Positions 46,960 to 56,168 of a DNA stretch of 64,000 nt are shown here, one piece after another. Position 1 is the stretch's first letter. Each line of letters starts with the position of its first letter. The translations under genes were made by a program, and so were the position numbers. The stretch is from Thermoanaerobaculia bacterium (GTDB taxonomy: Bacteria > Acidobacteriota > Thermoanaerobaculia > Gp7-AA8): positions 1,687 through 65,686 of the forward strand of contig JAXDGW010000027.1 in NCBI GenBank assembly GCA_034664845.1. Reading direction: 5' to 3'. The notes below the pieces were generated by a model. The model was not told the DNA's origin. It made no database searches and saw nothing but the letters and a program-made list of their open reading frames with translations.

Positions 46960-47531
46960 AACCGATCCATCTCAATCTCGCCGCGCGGCCGTTCCGCGAC
47001 TACCGTCCGGTCTACGCCGCCGTCATCGTCATGGCACTGCTGACCGCGTTTCTTGCGCTCAACAACGTCGATACGTTGCTCAAATACCAAACGGAGACGA
47101 AGACAACGCGCGCCGACATCGCCAGGCTCGAAGAACAGACGGCGGACGAGCAGCGCAACGCGGACACGCTGGCGCAACGTCTTCGCGGAGTCGACCTCAA
47201 GCTTCTCGCCTCGCAGACCGAATTCGCGAACGCGCAACTCGCTGAGCGCGCCTTCTCCTGGAGCGAGCTCCTCGACCGCCTCGAGCGCGTCCTGCCCGCC
47301 AACGTCCGGCTGCAATCGATCAGTCCGACCTTCGACAAAGACGGTCTCGTTCACCTCGGCATGACCTGCATTGGCAAAACCGGTGACGGCCTTTCCGCAA
47401 CCCTCAACAACTTCAACGGCGATCCGCACTTCGCCAACGCCTTTCCCCAGAGTGACGCGCAGCAACAGGGCGAATACCGCTTTACGCTCGGTGTCGATTA
47501 CCGGCCGTCGATCGCCAGGAGAGTCGAATGA
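46956..47531 (+). CDS. pilN: PilN, 191 aa
   Basis: Typical N-terminus HLNLAARPFRDYR plus TM plus coiled coil; ATGA-type overlaps with neighbours. Confidence 0.75.
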   Translation: MKPIHLNLAARPFRDYRPVYAAVIVMALLTAFLALNNVDTLLKYQTETKTTRADIARLEEQTADEQRNADTLAQRLRGVDLKLLASQTEFANAQLAERAFSWSELLDRLERVLPANVRLQSISPTFDKDGLVHLGMTCIGKTGDGLSATLNNFNGDPHFANAFPQSDAQQQGEYRFTLGVDYRPSIARRVE

Positions 47532-48124
47532 TCTGGCGCGAGAAGCGAATTCTGTTGATCGTTCTCGGCGTCCTTCTTCTCGCCAACACGATCTTTTTCT
47601 TCACCTACCGCGTGCAGTACGTGAACCGGCTGCAGGACCTCGATCTGAAGCAGGAACAGACCAAAGCCCGCCTGGAGCAGGCACACCGCGCGCGAATCAC
47701 TGCCGAACAGCAGCTTGCCGCGTACAAGAAAGTGCAGAGCGATCTGCAGGTCCTCTACACGAAAAACTGGGCGACACCGATGGAGCGTCTGACGGCGCTG
47801 ATCGACGAGGTCAAGAAGCTCGCCGCCGCCAGTCACCTCGAGCCGCCCAGCTATGCGTTTTCGAGCTCGGAAACGAAAAACCCAACCCGAGGATCGGTGG
47901 GGGCGACAGCGGTGGGCATTGCGTTTACGGTTCAGGGAACATACGAAGAGGCACGGCGGCTCATCAACCTGCTGGAGCTCTCCGAACAGTTCGTGATCAT
48001 TGACGGGATCAGTCTGGCCGGCAGTGGCGCCGCTACCGATAAGACTCTGACACTCAATATTCGACTCAAGACGTTGTTCCGCGACACGCGCACCGCTGCG
48101 CCCACCGCGAACAAGCAGCTGTGA
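47528..48124 (+). CDS. pilO: PilO, 198 aa
   Basis: N-terminal TM, coiled-coil, C-terminal ferredoxin-like pattern; position. Confidence 0.7.
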   Translation: MIWREKRILLIVLGVLLLANTIFFFTYRVQYVNRLQDLDLKQEQTKARLEQAHRARITAEQQLAAYKKVQSDLQVLYTKNWATPMERLTALIDEVKKLAAASHLEPPSYAFSSSETKNPTRGSVGATAVGIAFTVQGTYEEARRLINLLELSEQFVIIDGISLAGSGAATDKTLTLNIRLKTLFRDTRTAAPTANKQL

Positions 48125-48810
48125 TGGACTGGATGAACTGGAAAACCTGGACAGTAATCGGCGCGATTCTCATCGCGATCTTTGCGATCTACGGCTACGC
48201 CTCGAATTCGAGCAGTGGCGATGTACCTCTGCCCGCCGCGACGGGACCGCGTACAGCGTCAAAGGCCGCGTCTCGCATTCCGGTATCTGCAAATACGCCC
48301 GGCGTTCCAACGCTTCATACGGAGTGGCTCGAGGCGCCGAGCGGCAGCTACAAGAGCGCGCGCAACCTCTTCGCATACAAAGAGCCACCGCCGCCACCAC
48401 CACCCCCGCCACCTCCTCCTGTAGTCGCTCCCCCGGATCAGGATCATGACGGCATCCCTGATTTTCGCGATAACTGTCCTGCGGCATACAACCCCGATCA
48501 AAAGGACACGGATCACAATGGCAAGGGCGACACATGCGACGCCGAATGGCAGGCCTACAATGCGGCGCACCCGCCTCCGCCGCCGGCTCCGGTTCCGCCG
48601 CCATTCACATACAAATACATCGGCACGTTCGGCCCCGCTTCGAATCCGATCGCAACATTCACAGGCAACGGCGAGATCATCAACGTGCGCGTCAATGAAG
48701 CGTTCGGCGGGGGGAAGTTCATCCTCCGCAGCATCGGGATCGAATCAGTCGAGATCGGCTACACCGGTTTCCCGCCGGACAAGAAAGACCGCGTGCCGCT
48801 CGGTCAGTGA
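48121..48810 (+). CDS. pilP: PilP-like lipoprotein with an inserted thrombospondin type-3 Ca-binding repeat and poly-Pro tracts, 229 aa
   Basis: TSP3 consensus DQDHDGIPDFRDNCPAAYNPDQKDTDHNGKGDTCD flanked by P12 and PPPPPAPVPPP. C-terminal beta domain …NGEIINVRVNEAFGGGKFILRSIGIESVEI. Confidence 0.6.
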   Translation: MMDWMNWKTWTVIGAILIAIFAIYGYASNSSSGDVPLPAATGPRTASKAASRIPVSANTPGVPTLHTEWLEAPSGSYKSARNLFAYKEPPPPPPPPPPPPVVAPPDQDHDGIPDFRDNCPAAYNPDQKDTDHNGKGDTCDAEWQAYNAAHPPPPPAPVPPPFTYKYIGTFGPASNPIATFTGNGEIINVRVNEAFGGGKFILRSIGIESVEIGYTGFPPDKKDRVPLGQ

Positions 48811-48849
48811 CCTTTGAATAGCGTTACCGTCAGAACATCAGAATAAGGA

Positions 48850-49008
48850 GGGAGTTGGAAGAGACAAGAGATTAGAGACTAGAGATCAGAGATCAGAAAG
48901 ACAATCGAAGTTTCTGACCACCGATCAGGAATCACAGATCTTTCAAAGAAGATCGAGCTTCCCCTGATCTCTAATCACTGATCTCTGATCTCTGAGCATC
49001 CAACTCCC
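48850..49008. repeat. simple-sequence hairpin element between pilP and pilQ (gagacaagagattagagactagagatcagagatcag … ctgatctctaatcactgatctctgatctctgag)
   Basis: Read in sequence. Outer arms ggagttgga / tccaactcc also pair. Confidence 0.8.
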
Positions 49009-49017
49009 GGAAATCAA

Positions 49018-51438
49018 ATGAATAAGACCAGACTCGGAATTACAGCATTGGCGTTGTCGCTGACCGTGCTTTCCTGCACGAGCTACAATGCCTTCCAGAA
49101 GGCGAAGCACGCCGAGACGACGAAGAATTGGGACTCGGCCGTGGTCGAGTACCAGAAAGCGCTCGACGTCGATCCGGGAAACACGCTCTACCAGATCAAC
49201 CTGTCGCGCGCCAAGCTCGAAGCCTCGCGCGTCCATTTCGAGAAAGGCAAAGCGTTGCGCGTCTCCGCGCTCAACACGCGTGGCGCGGAGCTCGTCCGCC
49301 TCATGAAGCTTGCCGCCACGGAGCTCGAGCTGACCATCAGGCTCGATCCGACCAACCAGTTTGCCGCCAGCGAATACGCCAAGACCACGGCCACTCTCCA
49401 GGAAATCGCGCAGGCCGGCCTGCCCCCATCCATCGACGACATCAAGCGCCGCGCCAAAGCGAACATTACAAAGTCGGCGCCGCCACAGCTCAGCCCCACA
49501 TCCGATCAGCCCATCTCCCTCTCCTTCCCACAGGAACGTCCGATCAAGGAAATCTACAAAGCCCTCGGAAACGCGTTCGGAATCAACATTCTTTTCGATC
49601 AGGCAGTCAAAGACGACCGCATCGCCATCGAGCTCAAGGACGTCACCGCGCAGCAGGCGCTCGAGCGCGTCATGCAGGCCGCCAATCATTTCTACAAAGC
49701 GCTCGACGAGCACACCATCATCGTCGTTCCTGACAACCCCCAGGCCCGCCGCGATTACGAAGATCTCGTCATCCGCACGTTCTACCTGTCGAACGGCGAC
49801 GCCGAGCAGGTCACCAACGTCGTCCGGACGATGATCGAAGCGCGCAACGTCTTCCCGCTCAAAGCGCTCAACGCCATCACCATCCGCGATACCGCCGATA
49901 AGGTGCGCATCGCCGAGAAGATCATCGAGGCCAATGACAAGGCGAAAGCCGAAGTCGTCGTCGACGTCGAGCTGCTCCAGATCGATCTCGATAAGCAGCA
50001 CGACATCGGCGCCGTCGTCGCCGGTCTCGGCGGCACTCTTTCCGCCACACTGCCGACTGACAAGGACGGCAAAGCTCTACCCGCCAATCTCGACGCGCTA
50101 CGCGGCATCCGCAGCCCCGACCTCACCTTCACGATTCCCTCCGTGAACTACAACTTCATCAAAACCGTCGGAAACACCCAGACGCTCGCCAATCCGGAGC
50201 TGCGCATTTCCGAAGGGGAAAAGGCGACGCTGCATATCGGACAGCGCGTTCCGGTTCCTGTGACGACGTTCACGACCGGCGTGCAGAACGGAACGCTGGG
50301 AAGTCTGCCGGCGACGTCCTTCCAATATCAGGACATCGGCATCAAGGTCTCCATCGAGCCGCGGGTGCATCACAACAACGAAGTCACGCTCAAGCTGACG
50401 GTCGAGGTTTCCGACATCGCGGCCGCCGCCACGACTTCCGATCTGCCGTCGTTCAACACGCGCACCATCGAAGCGACGATCCGGCTGAAAGATGGTGAGA
50501 CGAACTTCCTCGCCGGCCTCATTCAGGAGACGGAAGGCACCACCAGCCAGCGCACGCCGTTCCTCGGCGACATCCCCATCCTCGGCCGGCTCTTCACGAA
50601 AGACAAATCGTCGCGGCATCGCACCGATCTGATGCTCACGATGACGCCGCACATCATCCGTAAACCGGATATCACCGAGGATGATCTGGCGCCGATGTGG
50701 GTCGGAACGCAGAGCAACTTGAGCTTCCGCGGACTTTCGCCGCGTCTCGAATCGCAGTCCACGGTCGATCCCTTCTCGCCGCCGCCGGGCGCACAGCAGT
50801 TCCGCACCGGCACCGTCGATCCGGACGGCAATCCCATCCCGGCCACCAACATGGTCGTACCGCAGGGCACCGCTCCCACCGATCCGTTCCGCGCCACGCC
50901 GAACGCGCCGCCGCCGAATCCGCCTGCGAATCCGCAGCCGGAGAGCAAGCTTTCCCTTCCTTCCAACGGCACCGCGGTCGCACTTTCCAACGCGAACAGC
51001 GGCGCGCTCAACGACAACAGCGGGCTCTCGCCGCGCATCCAGCCGCAGCCGATGCGTCTCGCGTTCAAGCCGGGCGAAGAGAAGATCTGGAACGTCGTCG
51101 GGATGGATCTCGACGGCCTGACGACGACGCAGCTCCTTCTTCACTACAACCCGCAGACGCTCGATGTCAGCGAGATCTCTTTCGGGCCTGCCCTGAATAT
51201 CGATCTGAAGACGCCGCCCGTCGCGACGATCGACCGCGAGCACGGAACCATCCGCATCACATCGTCGAACGGAAAACCGTTGCAGTTCAACGCGGGAGGC
51301 GGCGAGATCGCAGCGCTCCGCGTTCGCGGCGGTGCACCCGGCGAGACCTACCTCGTGCTCGATAATCCCAACCTGACCAACGGCAGCGGCACAGTCGTCG
51401 CCGCATCCGTCTCAGGAGGCCACGCAAAGGTCGACTGA
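49018..51438 (+). CDS. pilQ: PilQ secretin with N-terminal TPR-like region and Pro-rich C-terminal extension, 806 aa
   Basis: Secretin domain motifs (…VPVPVTT…, GETNFLAGLIQETEG, TPFLGDIPILGRLF…TDLMLTMTPHII). Confidence 0.85.
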   Translation: MNKTRLGITALALSLTVLSCTSYNAFQKAKHAETTKNWDSAVVEYQKALDVDPGNTLYQINLSRAKLEASRVHFEKGKALRVSALNTRGAELVRLMKLAATELELTIRLDPTNQFAASEYAKTTATLQEIAQAGLPPSIDDIKRRAKANITKSAPPQLSPTSDQPISLSFPQERPIKEIYKALGNAFGINILFDQAVKDDRIAIELKDVTAQQALERVMQAANHFYKALDEHTIIVVPDNPQARRDYEDLVIRTFYLSNGDAEQVTNVVRTMIEARNVFPLKALNAITIRDTADKVRIAEKIIEANDKAKAEVVVDVELLQIDLDKQHDIGAVVAGLGGTLSATLPTDKDGKALPANLDALRGIRSPDLTFTIPSVNYNFIKTVGNTQTLANPELRISEGEKATLHIGQRVPVPVTTFTTGVQNGTLGSLPATSFQYQDIGIKVSIEPRVHHNNEVTLKLTVEVSDIAAAATTSDLPSFNTRTIEATIRLKDGETNFLAGLIQETEGTTSQRTPFLGDIPILGRLFTKDKSSRHRTDLMLTMTPHIIRKPDITEDDLAPMWVGTQSNLSFRGLSPRLESQSTVDPFSPPPGAQQFRTGTVDPDGNPIPATNMVVPQGTAPTDPFRATPNAPPPNPPANPQPESKLSLPSNGTAVALSNANSGALNDNSGLSPRIQPQPMRLAFKPGEEKIWNVVGMDLDGLTTTQLLLHYNPQTLDVSEISFGPALNIDLKTPPVATIDREHGTIRITSSNGKPLQFNAGGGEIAALRVRGGAPGETYLVLDNPNLTNGSGTVVAASVSGGHAKVD

Positions 51439-51926
51439 TGAACGGCCGCAATGCAATTTCGAATGGATTCTCGGTCGCGGAACTGATCACCGTCGTCGCG
51501 ATCGTGGCCATTCTCGCGTCCGTGGCGATGCCGCTCGCCAACTTCGGCATCCGGCGGCAGAAAGAGATCGAGTTGCACGAGCGGTTGCGGCGGATTACCG
51601 AAGCCATCGACCGCTTCCACGAGCTGGCCCTGCAGCAACCCGGCGGGCCGGCATCGATGAAAGATCCGGTGAGCATCGATCAGGGACCGTGGCCGAAGGA
51701 TCTGGAGTCGCTGACCAAACCGATCGCACTCAACAGCGGCCAGTCCGTGCGCATGCTCCGCGAGCGCGATCTTATTGATCCAATGACCGGCCGCGCGGAA
51801 TGGAACACGCTGTCTGCCGACGATGACGCCGATTCGCAGTCGACCAACGGCAAGAACGTTTATGAGGTTCACTCGAAGTCAACCGCGCTCGCCCTCGACG
51901 GGAAAACGCACTACAACGAATGGTGA
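51438..51926 (+). CDS. type IV pilin / GspG-like pseudopilin, 162 aa
   Basis: SNG|FSVAELITVVAIVAILASVA with Glu+5. Confidence 0.7.
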   Translation: MNGRNAISNGFSVAELITVVAIVAILASVAMPLANFGIRRQKEIELHERLRRITEAIDRFHELALQQPGGPASMKDPVSIDQGPWPKDLESLTKPIALNSGQSVRMLRERDLIDPMTGRAEWNTLSADDDADSQSTNGKNVYEVHSKSTALALDGKTHYNEW

Positions 51927-51932
51927 GAGGCA

Positions 51933-52100
51933 GTGGATTAGCTGTTAGTAGATTAGTGGATGCAGACCAGAGATTAGAGGAGCAGAGACTAGAGATAAGA
52001 GATGGATTGGAAAGCACCCAGCGTCCCATCGTCTCCTAATCCACTAATCCACTCAGCTACTAATCCACTGATCTCTGGTCCGCTGATCTCTGATCTCTCG
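51933..52100. repeat. large simple-sequence hairpin element (gattagtgga / agagat units versus ctaatccact / gatctct units), arms of about 70 bp
   Basis: Read in sequence; lies between two pilin genes. Confidence 0.8.
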
Positions 52101-52109
52101 GGACAACAC

Positions 52110-52541
52110 ATGCAACGACGCAAATCGCAATCCGGCTTCACCCTCATCGAGCTGATCGTCGTCGTCACGATCATCGGCATCCTCGCGGCCGTAGCCGTAT
52201 CGAACGTCAAGTGGGCGCAGACGAAAGCACGCGAGGCCGCGCTCCGGCACGACCTGTTCGAGATGCGCAAATCGATCGACGACTACTACGCGGACAAACA
52301 AAAATATCCCGAGAGCCTGCAGACGCTCATGCGGGAGCACTACCTCCGCAACATCCCGGCCGATCCGATCACCGGCAAGCCGGATTGGGAGGAAGTGCAG
52401 AACACGCCTGATCCCTCGGATCCGAACGCGATGCCGACCGATCCTTCGGCGGGGAACGAAGGCGCGGCCCCAGGCATCTACGACGTACACAGTCAGGCTC
52501 CCGGCGTTGGACAGGATGGCAAACCCTACAAAACCTGGTGA
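52110..52541 (+). CDS. type IV pilin / GspG-like pseudopilin, 143 aa
   Basis: MQRRKSQSG|FTLIELIVVVTIIGILAAVAVS with Glu+5; GspG-like C-terminal region. Confidence 0.7.
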   Translation: MQRRKSQSGFTLIELIVVVTIIGILAAVAVSNVKWAQTKAREAALRHDLFEMRKSIDDYYADKQKYPESLQTLMREHYLRNIPADPITGKPDWEEVQNTPDPSDPNAMPTDPSAGNEGAAPGIYDVHSQAPGVGQDGKPYKTW

Positions 52542-53256
52542 GGCGCGGTTTCGCGGTCTCGCGGTTGCGCGGTCTCGCGGCCCTCGCGCGGCAGAGCGAC
52601 GCGCGCGACCACGCAACCACGCGACCGCACAGTCCGGCTTCACGCTCGCCGGCGTCATCGTCCTCGTATCGATCGTGATGATCTTCGCTGCCTACACCAT
52701 TCCGCGGCAGTGGTCGGCAATCATGCAGCGCGAGCGCGAACGGCAAACGATTTACGCGATGCAGCAGTACGCGAAGGCGATCACGGAGTTCCGTCTCAAG
52801 AACGGAAACGTCTACCCGACGACGCCGCAGCAGCTCAAGGACGCCAAACAGCCGCGCCTGATCCGCGGCTTGAAGGGCGAGCTCGTCGACGCGCTCACCG
52901 GCGAAGTCGACTGGCTCGTCATCCCGCAAGCCGCCGCCGCCAGTCTTCCCCAACGCAACATTGCCGGGAACCCAAACGCGCCTCCGAACGCGCCGCCACC
53001 CCCACCGCCACCCACGCAATCGTCGTCGACGACCGACACCAGCAGCACGAACCCCCAGGCGCCGCCAGGACTACCCGGCATCCCCATCAAGGACTACGCC
53101 GGCGGCCCGTTCATCGGCGTGCGTCCTGCCAAACACGGCAAGTCGCTCACGACGTTGTACGGCGCCGACACCTACGAAACGTGGGTCTACACGTCCATCG
53201 ACTACGAGCAGGAAAAACTGCTGCGCATCACGCAGGCATCCACCGTCTTTCATTAG
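52507..53256 (+). CDS. atypical pilin-like protein lacking Glu+5 (QSG|FTLAGVIVLV), with an unusually long, repeat-encoded leader and Pro-rich C-terminal region; start uncertain
   Basis: Prepilin-like hydrophobic N-terminus but Gly at +5, as in GspK/PilX-type pseudopilins. The only in-frame ATGs give a 41-44 aa leader. Confidence 0.5.
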   Translation: MDRMANPTKPGEARFRGLAVARSRGPRAAERRARPRNHATAQSGFTLAGVIVLVSIVMIFAAYTIPRQWSAIMQRERERQTIYAMQQYAKAITEFRLKNGNVYPTTPQQLKDAKQPRLIRGLKGELVDALTGEVDWLVIPQAAAASLPQRNIAGNPNAPPNAPPPPPPPTQSSSTTDTSSTNPQAPPGLPGIPIKDYAGGPFIGVRPAKHGKSLTTLYGADTYETWVYTSIDYEQEKLLRITQASTVFH

Positions 53257-53322
53257 CATCGGGGCCGGCGGCCGCAGGCGATGCGAGCGGTTTCCTGGTT
53301 CGGCCACTACAATCCCGCTCGC

Positions 53323-54609
53323 ATGTCATCCAACCTTCAAAACGTTACCCGCATCGTCCTCCCCTCGGGGCTGACGATCCTGATCGAAACGCTTCCCTAC
53401 GTCCGTTCCGTCGCCCTCGGCTACTACCTTCGCAGCGGCTCCGCCGTCGAGTCGGAGGAGCACAGCGGTTCCTCCCACTTTCTCGAACATCTCGTCTTCA
53501 AAGGAACCGCGACACGATCCACGAGCGACATCGCCAAAGTCATCGACATCCTCGGCGGCGACGTCGACGCGTTCACCGGCAAGGAGTACACATCCTTCTA
53601 CTGCCACGTCCTCGACGAGCAGATGATGACCGGCCTCTCGCTGCTCACCGACATCGTCATCTCACCGCGTTTCACCGATGACGACCTCGAAGTCGAGCGC
53701 GGCGTGATCCTCGAAGAGATCAAGATGGTCGAGGACACGCCCGACGATCTCGTGCACGAGATCTTCGTCACCGCCTTCTGGCCTGATCACCCGCTCGGCC
53801 GGCCGATTCTCGGCACCGAGGAGACGGTGAACCGGCTGGGAAGAAAGCAGATCATGGCGCACTACGACGAGACCTTCCACCCGTCGAACATGATCTTCTG
53901 CGCCTCCGGCAACGTCCGCCCCGAGCAGATCATCCCGTTCCTGCAGACGACGTTCGCGAGCGACACCAAGGCGCCTGTGGCGCGCACATGGGGCGCGCCG
54001 ACGCCGGCGCAGCACGTGATCCTGCGCGAAAAGCGCGAGCTCGAACAGGTTCACCTCTGCCTCGGATCGCGCGGCTATCCGCAACAGCAGGACGAGCGAT
54101 ATGCGGCCGCCCTTTTCAACGCCGTCCTCGGCGGCGGGATGTCCTCGCGCCTCTTCCAGAAAATCCGCGAGAAAGCGGGCCTCGTCTACACCGTCATGTC
54201 GTACCACAATGGCTACGTCAACGGCGGCTACGAAGCGATCTACGCCGCCTGCGCGCCGAAAAATCTCAAGCGCGTGCTCGACATGACCCTCGCCGAAATG
54301 AAGACGATCAAGACCGGCGGCGCCACCGCGGACGAGCTCAACTCCGCCAAACTGCATCTCAAAGGATCGATCCTGCTTTCACTCGAATCGACGGTGAGCC
54401 GCATGTCCGGCCTGGCCCGCCAGGAGTACTACTTCGGCCGCCAGTTCTCCCCCGACGAGATCATCGCCGCCATCGACGCCGTAACTCTCGACGACATCGC
54501 CGCCGTCGCCCACACCATCGTCGACCCCGAGTCGCTCTCGCTCACGTTAATCGGCAACCTGAAGTCGCCCGGAATCACCGCCGACATGCTGCGCCAGGCA
54601 GTGGCGTAG
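53323..54609 (+). CDS. M16 family zinc peptidase (insulinase/pitrilysin-like), ~428 aa
   Basis: Inverted zinc motif HFLEHLVFKG and downstream Glu region. Confidence 0.85.
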   Translation: MSSNLQNVTRIVLPSGLTILIETLPYVRSVALGYYLRSGSAVESEEHSGSSHFLEHLVFKGTATRSTSDIAKVIDILGGDVDAFTGKEYTSFYCHVLDEQMMTGLSLLTDIVISPRFTDDDLEVERGVILEEIKMVEDTPDDLVHEIFVTAFWPDHPLGRPILGTEETVNRLGRKQIMAHYDETFHPSNMIFCASGNVRPEQIIPFLQTTFASDTKAPVARTWGAPTPAQHVILREKRELEQVHLCLGSRGYPQQQDERYAAALFNAVLGGGMSSRLFQKIREKAGLVYTVMSYHNGYVNGGYEAIYAACAPKNLKRVLDMTLAEMKTIKTGGATADELNSAKLHLKGSILLSLESTVSRMSGLARQEYYFGRQFSPDEIIAAIDAVTLDDIAAVAHTIVDPESLSLTLIGNLKSPGITADMLRQAVA

Positions 54610-54760
54610 GAGTGCGCGCGTCTCGCGCGCGGGCACGCGGGCGTCTCGCCCGCGTGCTTGTTTTCGTGGGCAGAAGTCGAAGCTCCAATTCGTATTCGGC
54701 CGTGTTCCCACCACCGGGGCGAGGACGCCCCGGTGGCCGCAGGCGAGACGCCTGCACTCC

Positions 54761-56113
54761 TTATTTCTTCGCGATGGCTGGCAAGTTCTTCGACGTCGTG
54801 TCGACGAACGCTACTGAGACGCCTTCCTTGATGCGATGCGAGACTTCCTGCGCGTCCCAGTTCGTCAGGCGCACGCAGCCGTGCGACGAGGCGTAGCCGA
54901 TCGAGTCGGGGTCGGGAGTGCCGTGCATGCCGTAGTGCGGCTTGCTCAGCGCCATCCAGACGACGCCGACGGGCGAGTTCGGGCCGGGGTTCATGTGCGC
55001 GTCCGGCTCGCTGTCCGGCACTTCGTGGTAGAGCTTGGGATCGTAGTGAAAGTGCGGCATCGGCACGATCTTGACGACGTGTACGGTCTCGTCGGGTGAC
55101 GGGTCGTATCCCGATCCGAGGGTGGTAGGAGCGTGGAAAACCTGATTGCCGGCCGCGTCGAATCCGTTGTACGAATTGCCTCCGATGGAGATCGCGATGT
55201 TGGCGATATCCGGCTGATCCCGCGTGATCGGGGCGCGAACGTTCGGGACATTGATCGCCGCTCCCGCCTGCAGATCATTGATCTTCACGTCAGGGTTCAG
55301 TTGCTCCAGGAAATCCTCCGAGCAATGGAAGCGCTCCGCCAGCGCCTCGCGAAGTGACTCGTAGCAGAGGCAGTCGAGCTTGGCCTTTTCGTACGGACCT
55401 TCCGGAATGCCCACGAATGGCCCTTTGGTGTCGTCCGCTGTGAGCGTGTAGGGAACGACCACCGCACCACCGCCCGCCGCCTGCGCGATCGAGGTGAAGG
55501 TGGCATCGTCGACGTCGCCCGTCGGCGCCATCCCGTGCGCCTTCTGCCACCACCAGACCGTGATCGCTGAATTGCGGCCCCAGCGTCCATCGATCACGCC
55601 GACGGAGAAATGGTTTCGATCGAGATAGACCTGCGTCTTGAGTACCGAGGGGCCGCGCAGGTCGCCGGAGATCGGCAGATTCACGGGAGTGCTGTTGATC
55701 GCATTCGCGTCGAGGCCTTTGAACGATTCTTTCCGCCCGTGAACGATCGTGATGTCCGGCGGCAGTTGCGGCGCGGCCTGCTGCGCGGCCTGCGCGGCTT
55801 GTTGCTGGGCCGCTGCCTGCTGTTGCGCAGCCGCCTGTTGTTGTTGCTGCGCCGCTGCCTGCGCGGCTTGCTGCGCGCGGAACGATTGGAGTTGACGCCA
55901 TTGCTGATCGAAACGCTGTTTCTCGCGCTCCTGCGGCGTCATCGCCGGCTCGTTGCCACCGAGCGGCGTCGACACATCGAGCGTGTCGGAGAGCTTCTGT
56001 TCAACCTTCTGCGCCGCGCTCTTCGCACGCGAGGTCGTCTCCTGAACCTGTTCCCGATCGCACGCGATACACAATACCGTCAAGAAAAAAACGAATTCTG
56101 TCCGTCGTCTCAT
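54761..56113 (-). CDS. L,D-transpeptidase (YkuD/ErfK family) with N-terminal Gln/Ala-rich low-complexity linker, 450 aa
   Basis: Catalytic SHGCVRL motif near the C-terminus; signal peptide; (QQAAQ)n tract. Confidence 0.8.
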   Translation of the reverse strand: MRRRTEFVFFLTVLCIACDREQVQETTSRAKSAAQKVEQKLSDTLDVSTPLGGNEPAMTPQEREKQRFDQQWRQLQSFRAQQAAQAAAQQQQQAAAQQQAAAQQQAAQAAQQAAPQLPPDITIVHGRKESFKGLDANAINSTPVNLPISGDLRGPSVLKTQVYLDRNHFSVGVIDGRWGRNSAITVWWWQKAHGMAPTGDVDDATFTSIAQAAGGGAVVVPYTLTADDTKGPFVGIPEGPYEKAKLDCLCYESLREALAERFHCSEDFLEQLNPDVKINDLQAGAAINVPNVRAPITRDQPDIANIAISIGGNSYNGFDAAGNQVFHAPTTLGSGYDPSPDETVHVVKIVPMPHFHYDPKLYHEVPDSEPDAHMNPGPNSPVGVVWMALSKPHYGMHGTPDPDSIGYASSHGCVRLTNWDAQEVSHRIKEGVSVAFVDTTSKNLPAIAKK

Positions 56114-56168
56114 GCTGAAACATCAAAGCAAAGTTGGGGCCGCCTAGGCCGATAGAGAAGGAGGGCAC

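Noticed and set aside
48390-48620. Poly-C/poly-G tracts (ccaccgccgccaccaccacccccgccacctcctcct) suggesting frameshift-prone homopolymers or an assembly problem
   Set aside because: They translate in frame as polyproline linkers flanking a perfectly conserved TSP3 repeat within the PilP-like ORF, so the reading frame is intact.
55780-55900. Repetitive CAG/GCC-rich DNA (ctgcgcggcctgcgcggcttgttgctgggccgctgcctgctgttgcgcagc…)
   Set aside because: It is the coding sequence of the in-frame (QQAAQ)n low-complexity linker of the L,D-transpeptidase, not an independent repeat element.
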